A DNA stretch of 11,556 nucleotides from positions 1,928,671 to 1,940,226 of the forward strand of contig CP070698.1 in NCBI GenBank assembly GCA_020349685.1, read 5' to 3'. Positions 1 to 7,986 of the stretch are shown piece by piece; position 1 is the first letter of the stretch; each line of letters starts with the position of its first letter. The position numbers and the translations under genes are program-made. The DNA is from a bacterium (GTDB lineage: Bacteria; BMS3Abin14). The notes under the pieces were generated by a model. The model worked only from the letters and a program-made list of their open reading frames with translations. It was not told the DNA's origin and did not search any database.

Positions 1-75
1 CTCTAGAGTCGGGGATCCGGAGTTCGGGCTCTGTGGCCAGGTTTTTCCTTGCACCGCAACCCGATCTGTATGATC

Positions 76-138
<63 letters not shown>

Positions 139-322
139 TCCTCCCATTTGGCCGCGCCATTGGGAACACTGCTTCCCACTAAAATGACCATAGAGTGGTG
201 GTGGTAAGATAATCACTTTAAAAACAGAAGGTTATAATAAAAGCACAACGGCCCGGCAGTGGCATGGTGTTTGCTCATCCTCTGCCAGGAGACTTCCAAA
301 GAGGAGAAAGGAAAACCTTCCA

Positions 323-946
323 GTGAGACTTCCGACCACAGTGATCATCCAGGCCCTGCTCCTTGCGGTGCTGACTATGCCTGCGATAGCAGGCGGTGTT
401 TTTTACGAGGGGGGAGAAGCTTCCGTGCATGCCCAGTGCTGGTCCCTGGGTGCGAGCGCCGGCCGGGTGGAGGGGCTCGGCGGCGACCTGGCCAGGCTGG
501 CTGGTCCCGACGACGGCGTGATCCTCCTGGAGGGCGGCAAACAGACCTTCAAGACTCCCTATACTTCTGAAGAGCTGCAGCTGACCCTGGTCTTTATAAC
601 CGATTTCAGTCTTCTTCAGGGCGGATATGGCATGCGCTTTAGCACCATTCCTTTTCCCAAGGTCTTTCTCAGGCCGTGGGTGGGAGCCTATCTGACCCTG
701 AACCTCCTGAAGGACACCAGGGGTCTGGACACCTATGAGGGAAACGAAGACTACGACGGCATCGGCGTCGGGGTGGCTGCCGCGGCGGGTGTGACCATGA
801 GGCTGACCCGGTCTCTGGCTCTGGGAATGGCAGTGAGGGGAGACCGGGTCTTCACCGCCGGATGGCTGGATACAGGAGAGTATTACAAGGATGCATTCGG
901 CATCCGCGGCGCCTTTCTGAGACTCCAGTATTTTTTTAAAGAATAG
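323..946 (+). CDS. Secreted hypothetical protein, probable outer-membrane beta-barrel
   Basis: 207-aa ORF with GTG start after GAGGAGAAAGGA. N-terminal signal-peptide-like segment (MRLPTTVIIQALLLAVLTMPAIA, AxA site). Alternating amphipathic strands (RPWVGAYLTL, GVGVAAAAGVTMRL, LALGMAVRG) and a beta-signal-like end LRLQYFF(KE). Family not recognised. Confidence 0.65.
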   Translation: MRLPTTVIIQALLLAVLTMPAIAGGVFYEGGEASVHAQCWSLGASAGRVEGLGGDLARLAGPDDGVILLEGGKQTFKTPYTSEELQLTLVFITDFSLLQGGYGMRFSTIPFPKVFLRPWVGAYLTLNLLKDTRGLDTYEGNEDYDGIGVGVAAAAGVTMRLTRSLALGMAVRGDRVFTAGWLDTGEYYKDAFGIRGAFLRLQYFFKE

Positions 947-1150
947 GCATCCATCCCGGATTTTACACCCGGGACGCCTGCCCGTGGACCGCGCCGGCCT
1001 GAAACAGGGGCTCAAGGGGAAGGTTGAACAGGCGGCCTTGAAACTTTTTTCAGGCACATCTCATTGCACTCCTACCTGCGACCTCTGTTTCCAAAACCCA
1101 AAAAACCCGTGTTAATAAAGGTATAGTGTATTAAAATATAAAAGTTTCCC

Positions 1151-1190
1151 GGAACAGGCCTTTCCCGGGTTCTTAAGGGAAGCCTGTTCC
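1151..1190 (+). promoter_or_regulatory. Strong hairpin just upstream of ktrB
   Basis: GGAACAGGC(1151-1159)/GCCTGTTCC(1182-1190) plus TTCCC(1162-1166)/GGGAA(1177-1181): 14-bp bulged stem ending 23 nt before the ATG, downstream of an AT-rich promoter-like stretch (1111-1143). Function unknown. Confidence 0.45.
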
Positions 1191-1213
1191 TTCCCCGCTT
1201 ACCAGGGTGGGCT

Positions 1214-2581
1214 ATGGAACGAAAGAATCCCCTGTCCTTCATCAAGCGCCTGACCCCCGGTCAGCTGCTCATCCTGTACTACGCTGTGTCCATCCTGGCT
1301 GGTTCAGCCCTCCTCAGCCTTCCGGCCGCTGCGCAAAACGGATCCCTTTCTTTCATCGATGCCCTGTTTACGGCAACATCCGCCCAATGTGTCACCGGCC
1401 TGACCGTTGTCGACACCGGCACCAGTCTCAGCCTTTTCGGACAGATGGTCGTCCTGGGGCTCATCCAGCTGGGGGGGCTGGGGGTCACCACTTTCAGTGT
1501 CTACCTCTTCTTCTTCCTGCAGCTGGGAGCCGGTATACGGGGACGCTGGATCATTCACGAGACTCTCCTGCACAGCCCCGTGAGCTCCCTGAGGGAACTG
1601 GTGCGCGGTATCATCTTCATGGCGCTGGCCATCGAGACCGCTGGCGTGATCATCCTGGCCGCAGTGTTCGTTCCCAGGCTGGGGTTGGGAAAGGGGCTTT
1701 TCAGCGCCCTCTTTCACTCGATCTCCGCGTTCTGTAATGCGGGCTTTTCCCTTTTTCCCGACAGCCTCATCAGTTACCGCGGCAACATGGTCCTGAACGT
1801 AACGATCATGGTGCTTATCGTCCTAGGGGGCATCGGCTTTCTGGTTATTCGTGAGGTGAGGGACATAATCCTGGGCAGGGGCAAACGGCTCTCCCTGCAC
1901 TCCAAGGTTGTACTGTGGACGAGCGCCATCCTCATTCTGGGAGGAGCGGGGATTATCGCCGCAAGCGAGAATACCGGTGCGCTTAACGGGCTTCCCATCC
2001 CGGAGAAGGTCGCCACCGCCTTTTTCCAATCCGTTACCGCCAGGACTGCGGGATTTAACACCATCGACATGAACGCCTTGAGCATTTCCACCCTCCTCCT
2101 GATGATCTTCCTCATGTTTGTGGGGGCCTCGCCGGGGTCGGCGGGAGGAGGGATCAGGACGACGAGTCTGGCACTCTTCGCGGCCATTTTATACAATCGG
2201 CTCAAGGGAAACAGGAGCACAAACATTTTCAGGAGGACCGTTTCCGACGAAGCAGTTTCCAAGGCCCTGGCCCTTTTCCTGCTGGCCTTCCTCGTCGTTG
2301 GCGTGGGTCTGTTCGCCCTGCTGTTAATCCAACACCCCGGCAGCTCGTCCAGGCAGCATGACGCTGTTTTCCTGCAGTACCTGTTCGAGACCGTGTCGGC
2401 CTTTGCCACCGTCGGCCTTTCCATGGGGGCGACCGCCCTTCTCACGGTATGGGGCAAGGCCCTCATCGTGATCCTCATGTTTGTGGGGAGAGTGGGGCTC
2501 CTGACGCTGGCGTTCACCATAGCGGGGCGCGTCTCGCCCATCGCTCCGCGATACGCTCAGGAGAATCTGATGATCGGGTAG
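1214..2581 (+). CDS. ktrB: Trk/Ktr potassium uptake system membrane subunit (KtrB/TrkH family)
   Basis: 455-aa polytopic membrane protein with four pore-loop motifs (SAQCVTGL, SAFCNAGF, TARTAGF, SAFATVGL), the GASPGSAGGGIRTT gate, MFVGRVG and the KtrB-type C-terminal tail ENLMIG. Confidence 0.95.
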   Translation: MERKNPLSFIKRLTPGQLLILYYAVSILAGSALLSLPAAAQNGSLSFIDALFTATSAQCVTGLTVVDTGTSLSLFGQMVVLGLIQLGGLGVTTFSVYLFFFLQLGAGIRGRWIIHETLLHSPVSSLRELVRGIIFMALAIETAGVIILAAVFVPRLGLGKGLFSALFHSISAFCNAGFSLFPDSLISYRGNMVLNVTIMVLIVLGGIGFLVIREVRDIILGRGKRLSLHSKVVLWTSAILILGGAGIIAASENTGALNGLPIPEKVATAFFQSVTARTAGFNTIDMNALSISTLLLMIFLMFVGASPGSAGGGIRTTSLALFAAILYNRLKGNRSTNIFRRTVSDEAVSKALALFLLAFLVVGVGLFALLLIQHPGSSSRQHDAVFLQYLFETVSAFATVGLSMGATALLTVWGKALIVILMFVGRVGLLTLAFTIAGRVSPIAPRYAQENLMIG

Positions 2582-2602
2582 GAAAATCCCGGGGAGAGAG
2601 AC

Positions 2603-3256
2603 ATGAAAAGGTTCTGTGTCATCGGCGTGGGGAACTTCGGGTACTATATAGCCAAGGCACTTTACGAGGAGGGACACGATGTCATCGCCATCGACATGTC
2701 CCAGGAAAAGGTTCAGGGGGTCATGAACCACTGCACCATAGCCATCCACGGCGACGCCGCGAACAAGGAGTTCCTGGCTTCGCAGGGGTTGGAGGAAATG
2801 GAGGCAGTGGTCGTGTCGACGGGCCAGCGGTCCCACCTGTCGACCCTCATCACCCTTTTCCTCAAGGAGCTCAAGGTAAAGAGGGTTCTGGCCAAAGCGG
2901 TGAACGAGGATCACGGGCGCATTCTCAAAAAGGTTGGAGCGACGGAGGTTATCCACCCCGAAAAGGACATGGCCATAAAGACGGCCCGGACCCTCTCCTA
3001 CCCCAACATCCTGGATTTCATACCTCTTGCCGAGGAGTACTCCATAACGGAGGTAGCGGCTCCCAAAAGCTACATCGGCAAGGATCTGATTACCCTCGAC
3101 ATCAGGCGCAAGCACCAGGTCACCATCATTGCCCTGAAGGACGTTGTTACGGACCATTTCATACCCGTCCCTCCCCCGGATTACGTGATCAAGGACAGCG
3201 ATGTCCTGATCCTCCTCGGGCGACGGGAGGATATAGACAAAGCGATCAAGGAGTGA
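2603..3256 (+). CDS. ktrA: Trk/Ktr potassium uptake regulatory RCK subunit (KtrA/TrkA family)
   Basis: 217 aa with N-terminal Rossmann motif VIGVGNFG, VIAID, GDA, KVGATEVIHPE and an RCK_C-like C-terminus; 21 nt downstream of ktrB with GGGGAG SD. Confidence 0.95.
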   Translation: MKRFCVIGVGNFGYYIAKALYEEGHDVIAIDMSQEKVQGVMNHCTIAIHGDAANKEFLASQGLEEMEAVVVSTGQRSHLSTLITLFLKELKVKRVLAKAVNEDHGRILKKVGATEVIHPEKDMAIKTARTLSYPNILDFIPLAEEYSITEVAAPKSYIGKDLITLDIRRKHQVTIIALKDVVTDHFIPVPPPDYVIKDSDVLILLGRREDIDKAIKE

Positions 3257-3573
3257 TTCGGGCCGGCCGGGGCTTGCTTCAGGGCACACCCCATTCCCGG
3301 CCATCCCACGCTGCACCTGTTGTCCCACGCAGGATCAGGCTCCGGGGTGCCGGCTGTCCTGCAGGCGCTGCATTGACATTAAAGCGTGGTGCATGCTTTT
3401 CCCTCCCCCGCCCTGTCCTGTGAAGGTGTCTGACCCCCTTCCTCCAGACCGCATTCCCCTCAATCCGGTCCTTTTTGTCAAAGTCCAGGCCCCTGTCAGG
3501 AGGTATACTTGATCATGTAAGAGGGACCAGTTGTCCCGGCAGGCTCCCATGGAGGAGTCGGGGAGGTGTTGAA

Positions 3574-4056
3574 ATGGCGAAGTGGAAGTCCGGACGGGTT
3601 GACAGGATGAGGGTAAAAGAGAGCAAGGATCCCTACAGGCTTGCCGAAAAGCCGCCGGGAGGAGCCATCTGCAAAGGGTGCAGCGCGGTGGTTCAGAGTG
3701 GACGATGGACCTGGAACCAGCCTGAAGGGGAGGGTGTTACCACGATGTGTCCCGCGTGCCGGAGGGTGGAGGACGGCTACCCGGCAGGTTACCTGGTTCT
3801 GGAGGGCCCCTTCTTCGGTGATAACCGAAGGGAGATCATGAACCTTGTCCGCAACGTTGCTCAAGCAGAAAAAAACCTGCATCCCATGGAAAGGGTCATG
3901 GCAATCCGGAAGAGTGGAGAGGCCACGCTTATCACGACCACCGGCATCCACATCGCCCGCCGCCTGGGCGAATCCCTGAGGCGCTCCTACCGGGGGGACC
4001 TCCAGGTCAATTACGAGGAGGGCGAGAAAAATGTACGGGTTAACTGGTCGCGGTGA
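3574..4056 (+). CDS. BCAM0308-family-like protein with two CxxC motifs
   Basis: Start moved from TTG 3475 to ATG 3574 (GGAGGT SD upstream), giving 160 aa. Motifs DPY...CKGCSAV...GRWTW...CPACRRVEDGYPAG...NLVRN...HPMERVM...TTTGIHIARRLGESL...RVNWSR match my recollection of this family. Confidence 0.8.
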   Translation: MAKWKSGRVDRMRVKESKDPYRLAEKPPGGAICKGCSAVVQSGRWTWNQPEGEGVTTMCPACRRVEDGYPAGYLVLEGPFFGDNRREIMNLVRNVAQAEKNLHPMERVMAIRKSGEATLITTTGIHIARRLGESLRRSYRGDLQVNYEEGEKNVRVNWSR

Positions 4057-4268
4057 AAGTGGTGAGGAGGCGCTTTTACCGCCACCTGGCGTGAATCCAA
4101 GTGTAGGGTCCGGGTCCGGGTTTCATTGTCAGGGCCTCCTTCAGTGCATGTTTCCGAATCCTCGATCGCGGCTTTCGGGCGAACGCGCCAGCGGGTTTTA
4201 AATCCGGGAGCGTTCCTCTATACTTGGCCCTCTCTTAAGCGGCAAACCTTGGACATGGGAGAGCCGGC

Positions 4269-4925
4269 ATGAAGATCATCGCCATTAACGGAAGCCCGAG
4301 GAAAAAATGGAATACGGCCACACTCCTTGAAAAAACCCTCCAGGGAGCGGCATCCGAGGGGGCACGGACGGAGCTGGTGCACCTTTACGACCTCAACTTC
4401 AAGGGGTGCATCAGCTGTTTCGCCTGCAGGATCAGGGGATCGAAGAGCTATGGACGGTGTGCCGTCAGGGACGATCTTGCGCCCCTTTTTGACAGGATCG
4501 AAGCTGTCGATGCCGTCGTCCTCGGATCCCCGATCTACCTCGGGACCGTCACGGGTGAAATGAGGTCCTTTTTTGAGCGCTGGGTTTTCCAGTACCTGCC
4601 CTACACGGACCCTTTTCACAGCCTTTTCCCGGGAAAGCTGAGGACCGCCTTCATTTACACCATGAACATGACCGAGGAGGGGCTTGAGAAACTTGGAATG
4701 CTGCAGACTTATGAGAACCACTATGCCCTGAACCGGACTTACATGACGCGCATCTTCGGGCATTCGTGCTACCAGCTGTGTATGGACACCCTGCAGTTTG
4801 ACGACTACTCCAAGGTAGTGGCCGACCGCTGGGATCCCGAGGCCAAGGCCCGGAGCCGTGCCGAGCGGTTCCCGGTAGACTGTCAAAAAGCTTTCGAACT
4901 GGGACGGGACCTGATGGAGGGATGA
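4269..4925 (+). CDS. Flavodoxin-fold protein (iron-sulfur flavoprotein / NADPH-dependent FMN reductase family)
   Basis: 218 aa with INGSPRKKWNT FMN-phosphate loop, Cys motif CISCFAC-x10-C, DAVVLGSPIY and MRSFFER; GGAG SD. Confidence 0.9.
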   Translation: MKIIAINGSPRKKWNTATLLEKTLQGAASEGARTELVHLYDLNFKGCISCFACRIRGSKSYGRCAVRDDLAPLFDRIEAVDAVVLGSPIYLGTVTGEMRSFFERWVFQYLPYTDPFHSLFPGKLRTAFIYTMNMTEEGLEKLGMLQTYENHYALNRTYMTRIFGHSCYQLCMDTLQFDDYSKVVADRWDPEAKARSRAERFPVDCQKAFELGRDLMEG

Positions 4926-5069
4926 AAAGCCGGAAGGGACCTTAGAAGAGGGACAGCTCCGCTCTTGCCGTTCCTGTCCAGCCGGGCCGCAACCCCTGAT
5001 TGTGCATCTCTCAACTGTCTTTGCATGCCATCTGCTCTCTCCGCCATGAGAAGGGAAGCTTCCCGCCAA

Positions 5070-5098
5070 ATGACAGGAGCAGGCCAATTGGTTACAAT
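5070..5098 (+). promoter_or_regulatory. Putative sigma70 promoter of pncB-pncA
   Basis: ATGACA (5070-5075), 17-nt spacer, TACAAT (5093-5098); each box is 5/6 to consensus; about 75 nt upstream of the pncB ATG. Confidence 0.55.
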
Positions 5099-5172
5099 TC
5101 CTGATAAAAGCGTTGTCACCGGAAGATGACGGGTAGTGTTCTTGAAGCCTGACCGGTTCAACCGGGGGGACC

Positions 5173-6585
5173 ATGTTCGACTTTACCGCCACCTACACCG
5201 ACCAGTATCAGCTCACCATGGCCCAGGCCTACTTCCTCAAGGGCCGCTGGCGACAGAGGGCTGTGTTCGACTATTTCTTCCGAAAACTTCCCTTTGGCGG
5301 CGGATATGCTGTTTTTGCCGGCATGGAGGATCTCCTCGGAGTGCTGGAGAACCTGAGCTTCGACAGGACCGACCTGGACTTTCTTGCCAGGCAGGGCCTG
5401 GATCCGGAATTCCTGAAGTATCTGGAGGGATTCAGGTTTCGCGGGAACGTGTACGCCTCGCGTGAGGGCGACCTGGTCTTTCCCACGAGGCCCATCCTGC
5501 AGGTGGATGGAAACATTCTGGAAACACAGATCGTGGAGACTGTACTGCTCAACATCCTCAACTTTCAGACGCTCATCGCCACAAAGGCCAGTCGTATGAG
5601 GCGTGTGGCGGGGGATCGGCGTCTCGTGGATTTCGGGCTTCGCAGAGCGCAGGGTCCCGGAGGCTATTACGCGAGCCGTGCCGCTGTCGTCGGCGGGGTG
5701 GACGCGACGAGCAACGTCCGGGCAGGCCGCGATTACGGTATCGAGATCTCCGGGACGATGGCCCATTCCTTTATCGAGAGTTACGATGAGGAGTTACAGG
5801 CGTTCCGCGATTTCGCCCAGATCCGCCCTGAAAACTGTGTTCTCCTGGTCGATACCTACGACACCCTTAGAAGCGGCGTTCCCAAAGCCATTACAGTGGC
5901 TAAAGAGATGGAGAAAAGAGGTCACAGGCTAAGAGGCATCCGCCTCGACAGCGGAGACCTGGCCTGGCTGGCAAGGGAGAGCCGGAAGATGCTCGATGCC
6001 GCAGGCCTTGAATACGTCAAGATCGCGGCCTCCAACCAGCTGGACGAGTACGTCATCCGGAGCCTTCTCGAACAGAGGGCGCCCATAGACCTCTTCGGGG
6101 TAGGGACCAGCCTTGTGACCGGTCAGCCCGACGCCGCCCTTGACGGGGTGTACAAGCTCGTCTTTGCGGGCGACAGCCCCAGGATCAAGCTCTCGGAGAC
6201 CCTTACGAAGATCACCCTTCCCAGCAGGAAGCAGGTCTACCGCATGCTGGGCGGGGACGGCGAATGGATAGGAGCAGACCTCGTCGCGCTGGCCGGGGAG
6301 GAGGAGATCAGAACCATGTACCATCCCTTCGACAACCGAAAATCCATGTCTGTGCAGGATCTCGGGAAAGAGCCCCTGCTCGAGAAGGTCATGGAAGGGG
6401 GCAGGCGCTGCTCATCACCGAGGTCCCTGGCTGACATCGCGCGATACGCCCGGGAGAGGCTCGATCTCCTGCCCCAGGAGTACCATCGGTTTGAAAATCC
6501 GCACCTCTACAAGGTTGGCCTCAGCGACGGTCTGAAGGTCGAGCGCAACGGGCTCATAGAATCCCACAGAAAGGATGGAACGTGA
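5173..6585 (+). CDS. pncB: Nicotinate phosphoribosyltransferase
   Basis: 470 aa with TDQYQLTM, FDYFFRKLPFGGGY, DFGLRRAQG, TSNV, GTMAHS (phospho-His), LLVDTYDT, GIRLDSGDL, FGVGT and GVYKL motifs. Confidence 0.97.
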   Translation: MFDFTATYTDQYQLTMAQAYFLKGRWRQRAVFDYFFRKLPFGGGYAVFAGMEDLLGVLENLSFDRTDLDFLARQGLDPEFLKYLEGFRFRGNVYASREGDLVFPTRPILQVDGNILETQIVETVLLNILNFQTLIATKASRMRRVAGDRRLVDFGLRRAQGPGGYYASRAAVVGGVDATSNVRAGRDYGIEISGTMAHSFIESYDEELQAFRDFAQIRPENCVLLVDTYDTLRSGVPKAITVAKEMEKRGHRLRGIRLDSGDLAWLARESRKMLDAAGLEYVKIAASNQLDEYVIRSLLEQRAPIDLFGVGTSLVTGQPDAALDGVYKLVFAGDSPRIKLSETLTKITLPSRKQVYRMLGGDGEWIGADLVALAGEEEIRTMYHPFDNRKSMSVQDLGKEPLLEKVMEGGRRCSSPRSLADIARYARERLDLLPQEYHRFENPHLYKVGLSDGLKVERNGLIESHRKDGT

Positions 6586-7187
6586 GAACGCTCATAGTAG
6601 TGGACGTGCAAAACGACTTCATGCCGGGAGGAGCCCTCGCGGTCCCCGGTGGGGACGGGGTCATAGAACCCCTGAATCGTGCCATGGGCCGTTTCGATCT
6701 CGTGGTCGCGACCCAGGACTGGCACCCGCCGGACCACGTGAGTTTCGCCTCCAACCACAAAGGAAAGGAACCCTTTGATATCATCGACCTTCACGGCAAG
6801 GAGCAGACCCTGTGGCCCGACCACTGTGTCCAGGGGTCGCAGGGGGCGGAACTCCATGCCGGTCTCGAGGAGGCCAGGATCGAGGCCGTCTTCCGCAAGG
6901 GAATGGACAGGGAGATCGACAGCTACAGCGCCCTTTACGACAACGCCCACCTCAAGACCACCGGGCTCGCGGGATATCTCAGGGAGAAGGGTTCCAGGGA
7001 GCTTTATTTAGGGGGCCTTGCCGGCGATTTCTGCGTGTACTTCACCATCAAGGACGCCCTGGGGGAGGGGTTTGCGGTGACGGTGATCGAGGACGCGGTA
7101 CGCGCTATCGACGACGAGGCCTACGGGAAGTTAAAACAGGAGCTTCAGGATAAGGGCGTGCGCTTCGTCCTGAGCGGGGAGCTGTGA
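6582..7187 (+). CDS. pncA: Nicotinamidase/pyrazinamidase
   Basis: 201 aa with VDVQNDF, QDWHP, WPDHCVQG, FRKG and GLAGDFCV (Asp-Lys-Cys triad, metal-binding Asp/His). The GTG start overlaps the pncB stop (GTGA, 6582-6585), indicating translational coupling. Confidence 0.96.
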   Translation: MRTLIVVDVQNDFMPGGALAVPGGDGVIEPLNRAMGRFDLVVATQDWHPPDHVSFASNHKGKEPFDIIDLHGKEQTLWPDHCVQGSQGAELHAGLEEARIEAVFRKGMDREIDSYSALYDNAHLKTTGLAGYLREKGSRELYLGGLAGDFCVYFTIKDALGEGFAVTVIEDAVRAIDDEAYGKLKQELQDKGVRFVLSGEL

Positions 7188-7200
7188 GAGGGCAGGGCAT

Positions 7201-7242
7201 GGAAGGGGAAATGAAGAATGGGAAAGGTGAAAGGAAGCAGGT
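7201..7242. repeat. Degenerate purine-rich heptamer array (consensus about GAAAGGN) x6
   Basis: GGAAGGG GAAATGA AGAATGG GAAAGGT GAAAGGA AGCAGGT, just downstream of the pncA stop. Confidence 0.5.
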
Positions 7243-7299
7243 GAGGACAAGAATTTATCTTGGGTCCTGGATCATGCTGGAAAATTAAAGGAGCATTTC

Positions 7300-7644
7300 A
7301 TGAAGATAACCCGTCTTGAGAACTGCGAGAGCACACCTGTCGCCATGGAGGGGGCGTCAGGAGCCAGTCGTCAGGTCCCCATCGGAAAGGCCGATGGGGC
7401 CCCCAACTTTTCAGCCAGGGTTTTCACCCTTGAACCCGGAGGGCACACTCCGCACCATGTCCACGAGAGCGAACACCTCAATTACGTCATGAGGGGGAAG
7501 GGTGTGGCCATGGAGGGGGAGACTGCCAGGGACATCCGGCAGGGCGACTTCGTCCTCGTCAAACCCAACGAACGGCACCAGTACCGCAACACGGGCGACG
7601 AGCCGCTGGTGTTCATGTGCGTCGTTCCTTCAAGGTACGAATAG
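7300..7644 (+). CDS. Cupin domain protein (small monocupin)
   Basis: 114 aa with FTLEPGGHTPHHVHESEHLNYVMRGKG and GDFVLVKPNERHQYRN, the two cupin motifs with His metal ligands; AAAGGAG SD. Confidence 0.92.
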   Translation: MKITRLENCESTPVAMEGASGASRQVPIGKADGAPNFSARVFTLEPGGHTPHHVHESEHLNYVMRGKGVAMEGETARDIRQGDFVLVKPNERHQYRNTGDEPLVFMCVVPSRYE

Positions 7645-7910
7645 TTCCTGTAAAGGCGTTTTTTCTCACCGCAGAGGACGCGGAGGGACGCGGAGGAAAT
7701 CAATAATGGAAATATGGGTGGCCGTTTACTGCAAAAGCAATGATTTCAAGCGCAGGGGAAGCGGAGAGCCGAGAAAATAGTCTAAATAATCTTGAAAAGG
7801 TAAGAACACTTTAAACGCATTTTAAGGAACTGCTTTTCCTCCCCTGTTGAAGCTTTCCTCCGCGTCCCTCCGCGTTCTCTGCGGTAAAAACATGCTGCTA
7901 TTACAGGAAC
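7644..7910. repeat. Long inverted-repeat element with AT-rich core (REPIN/MITE-like)
   Basis: Outer perfect IR GTTCCTGTAA(7644-7653)/TTACAGGAAC(7901-7910). Inner 32-nt IR 7668-7699 / 7854-7885 with one mismatch. Confidence 0.85.
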
Positions 7911-7986
7911 CGTTCTTCCCCCGAATGATGTTTTTATTTGCGTCTTTGCGTGAGACATTCGCATTTATTGCAGGTAATGTTCTCCC

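Noticed and set aside
947-1213. c-di-AMP (ydaO/yuaA) riboswitch upstream of ktrB
   Set aside because: I could not find its conserved segments (GCTGAATCC, GGGGTGAAT, CCCGTCAGCTAAC-like); a covariance-model search would be needed to exclude it fully.
1207-3423. Long alternative-frame and antisense ORFs over ktrB/ktrA (e.g. 1774-2541, 2324-3328, 2449-3423)
   Set aside because: Shadow ORFs typical of GC-rich DNA, overlapping well-supported genes and lacking recognisable motifs.
3373-3522. Promoter or FNR box upstream of the BCAM0308-like gene (TTGACA 3373-3378, TATACT 3504-3509, TTGAT half-site at 3509)
   Set aside because: TTGACA has no -10 at 16-18 nt, TATACT has no good -35, and TTGAT lacks the ATCAA half-site.
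3475-3573. N-terminal extension of the 3475-4056 ORF
   Set aside because: TTG start without SD; the family-like sequence begins at ATG 3574 after GGAGGT.
4106-4121. GGGTCC x2.7 mini-repeat
   Set aside because: Too short to distinguish from chance in GC-rich DNA.
4218-7153. Antisense or alternative ORFs over the flavoprotein, pncB and pncA genes
   Set aside because: They overlap genes with clear catalytic motifs and have no independent support.
7644-7910. Autonomous IS element
   Set aside because: No transposase-sized ORF between the arms and no evident target-site duplication; kept only as a non-autonomous candidate.
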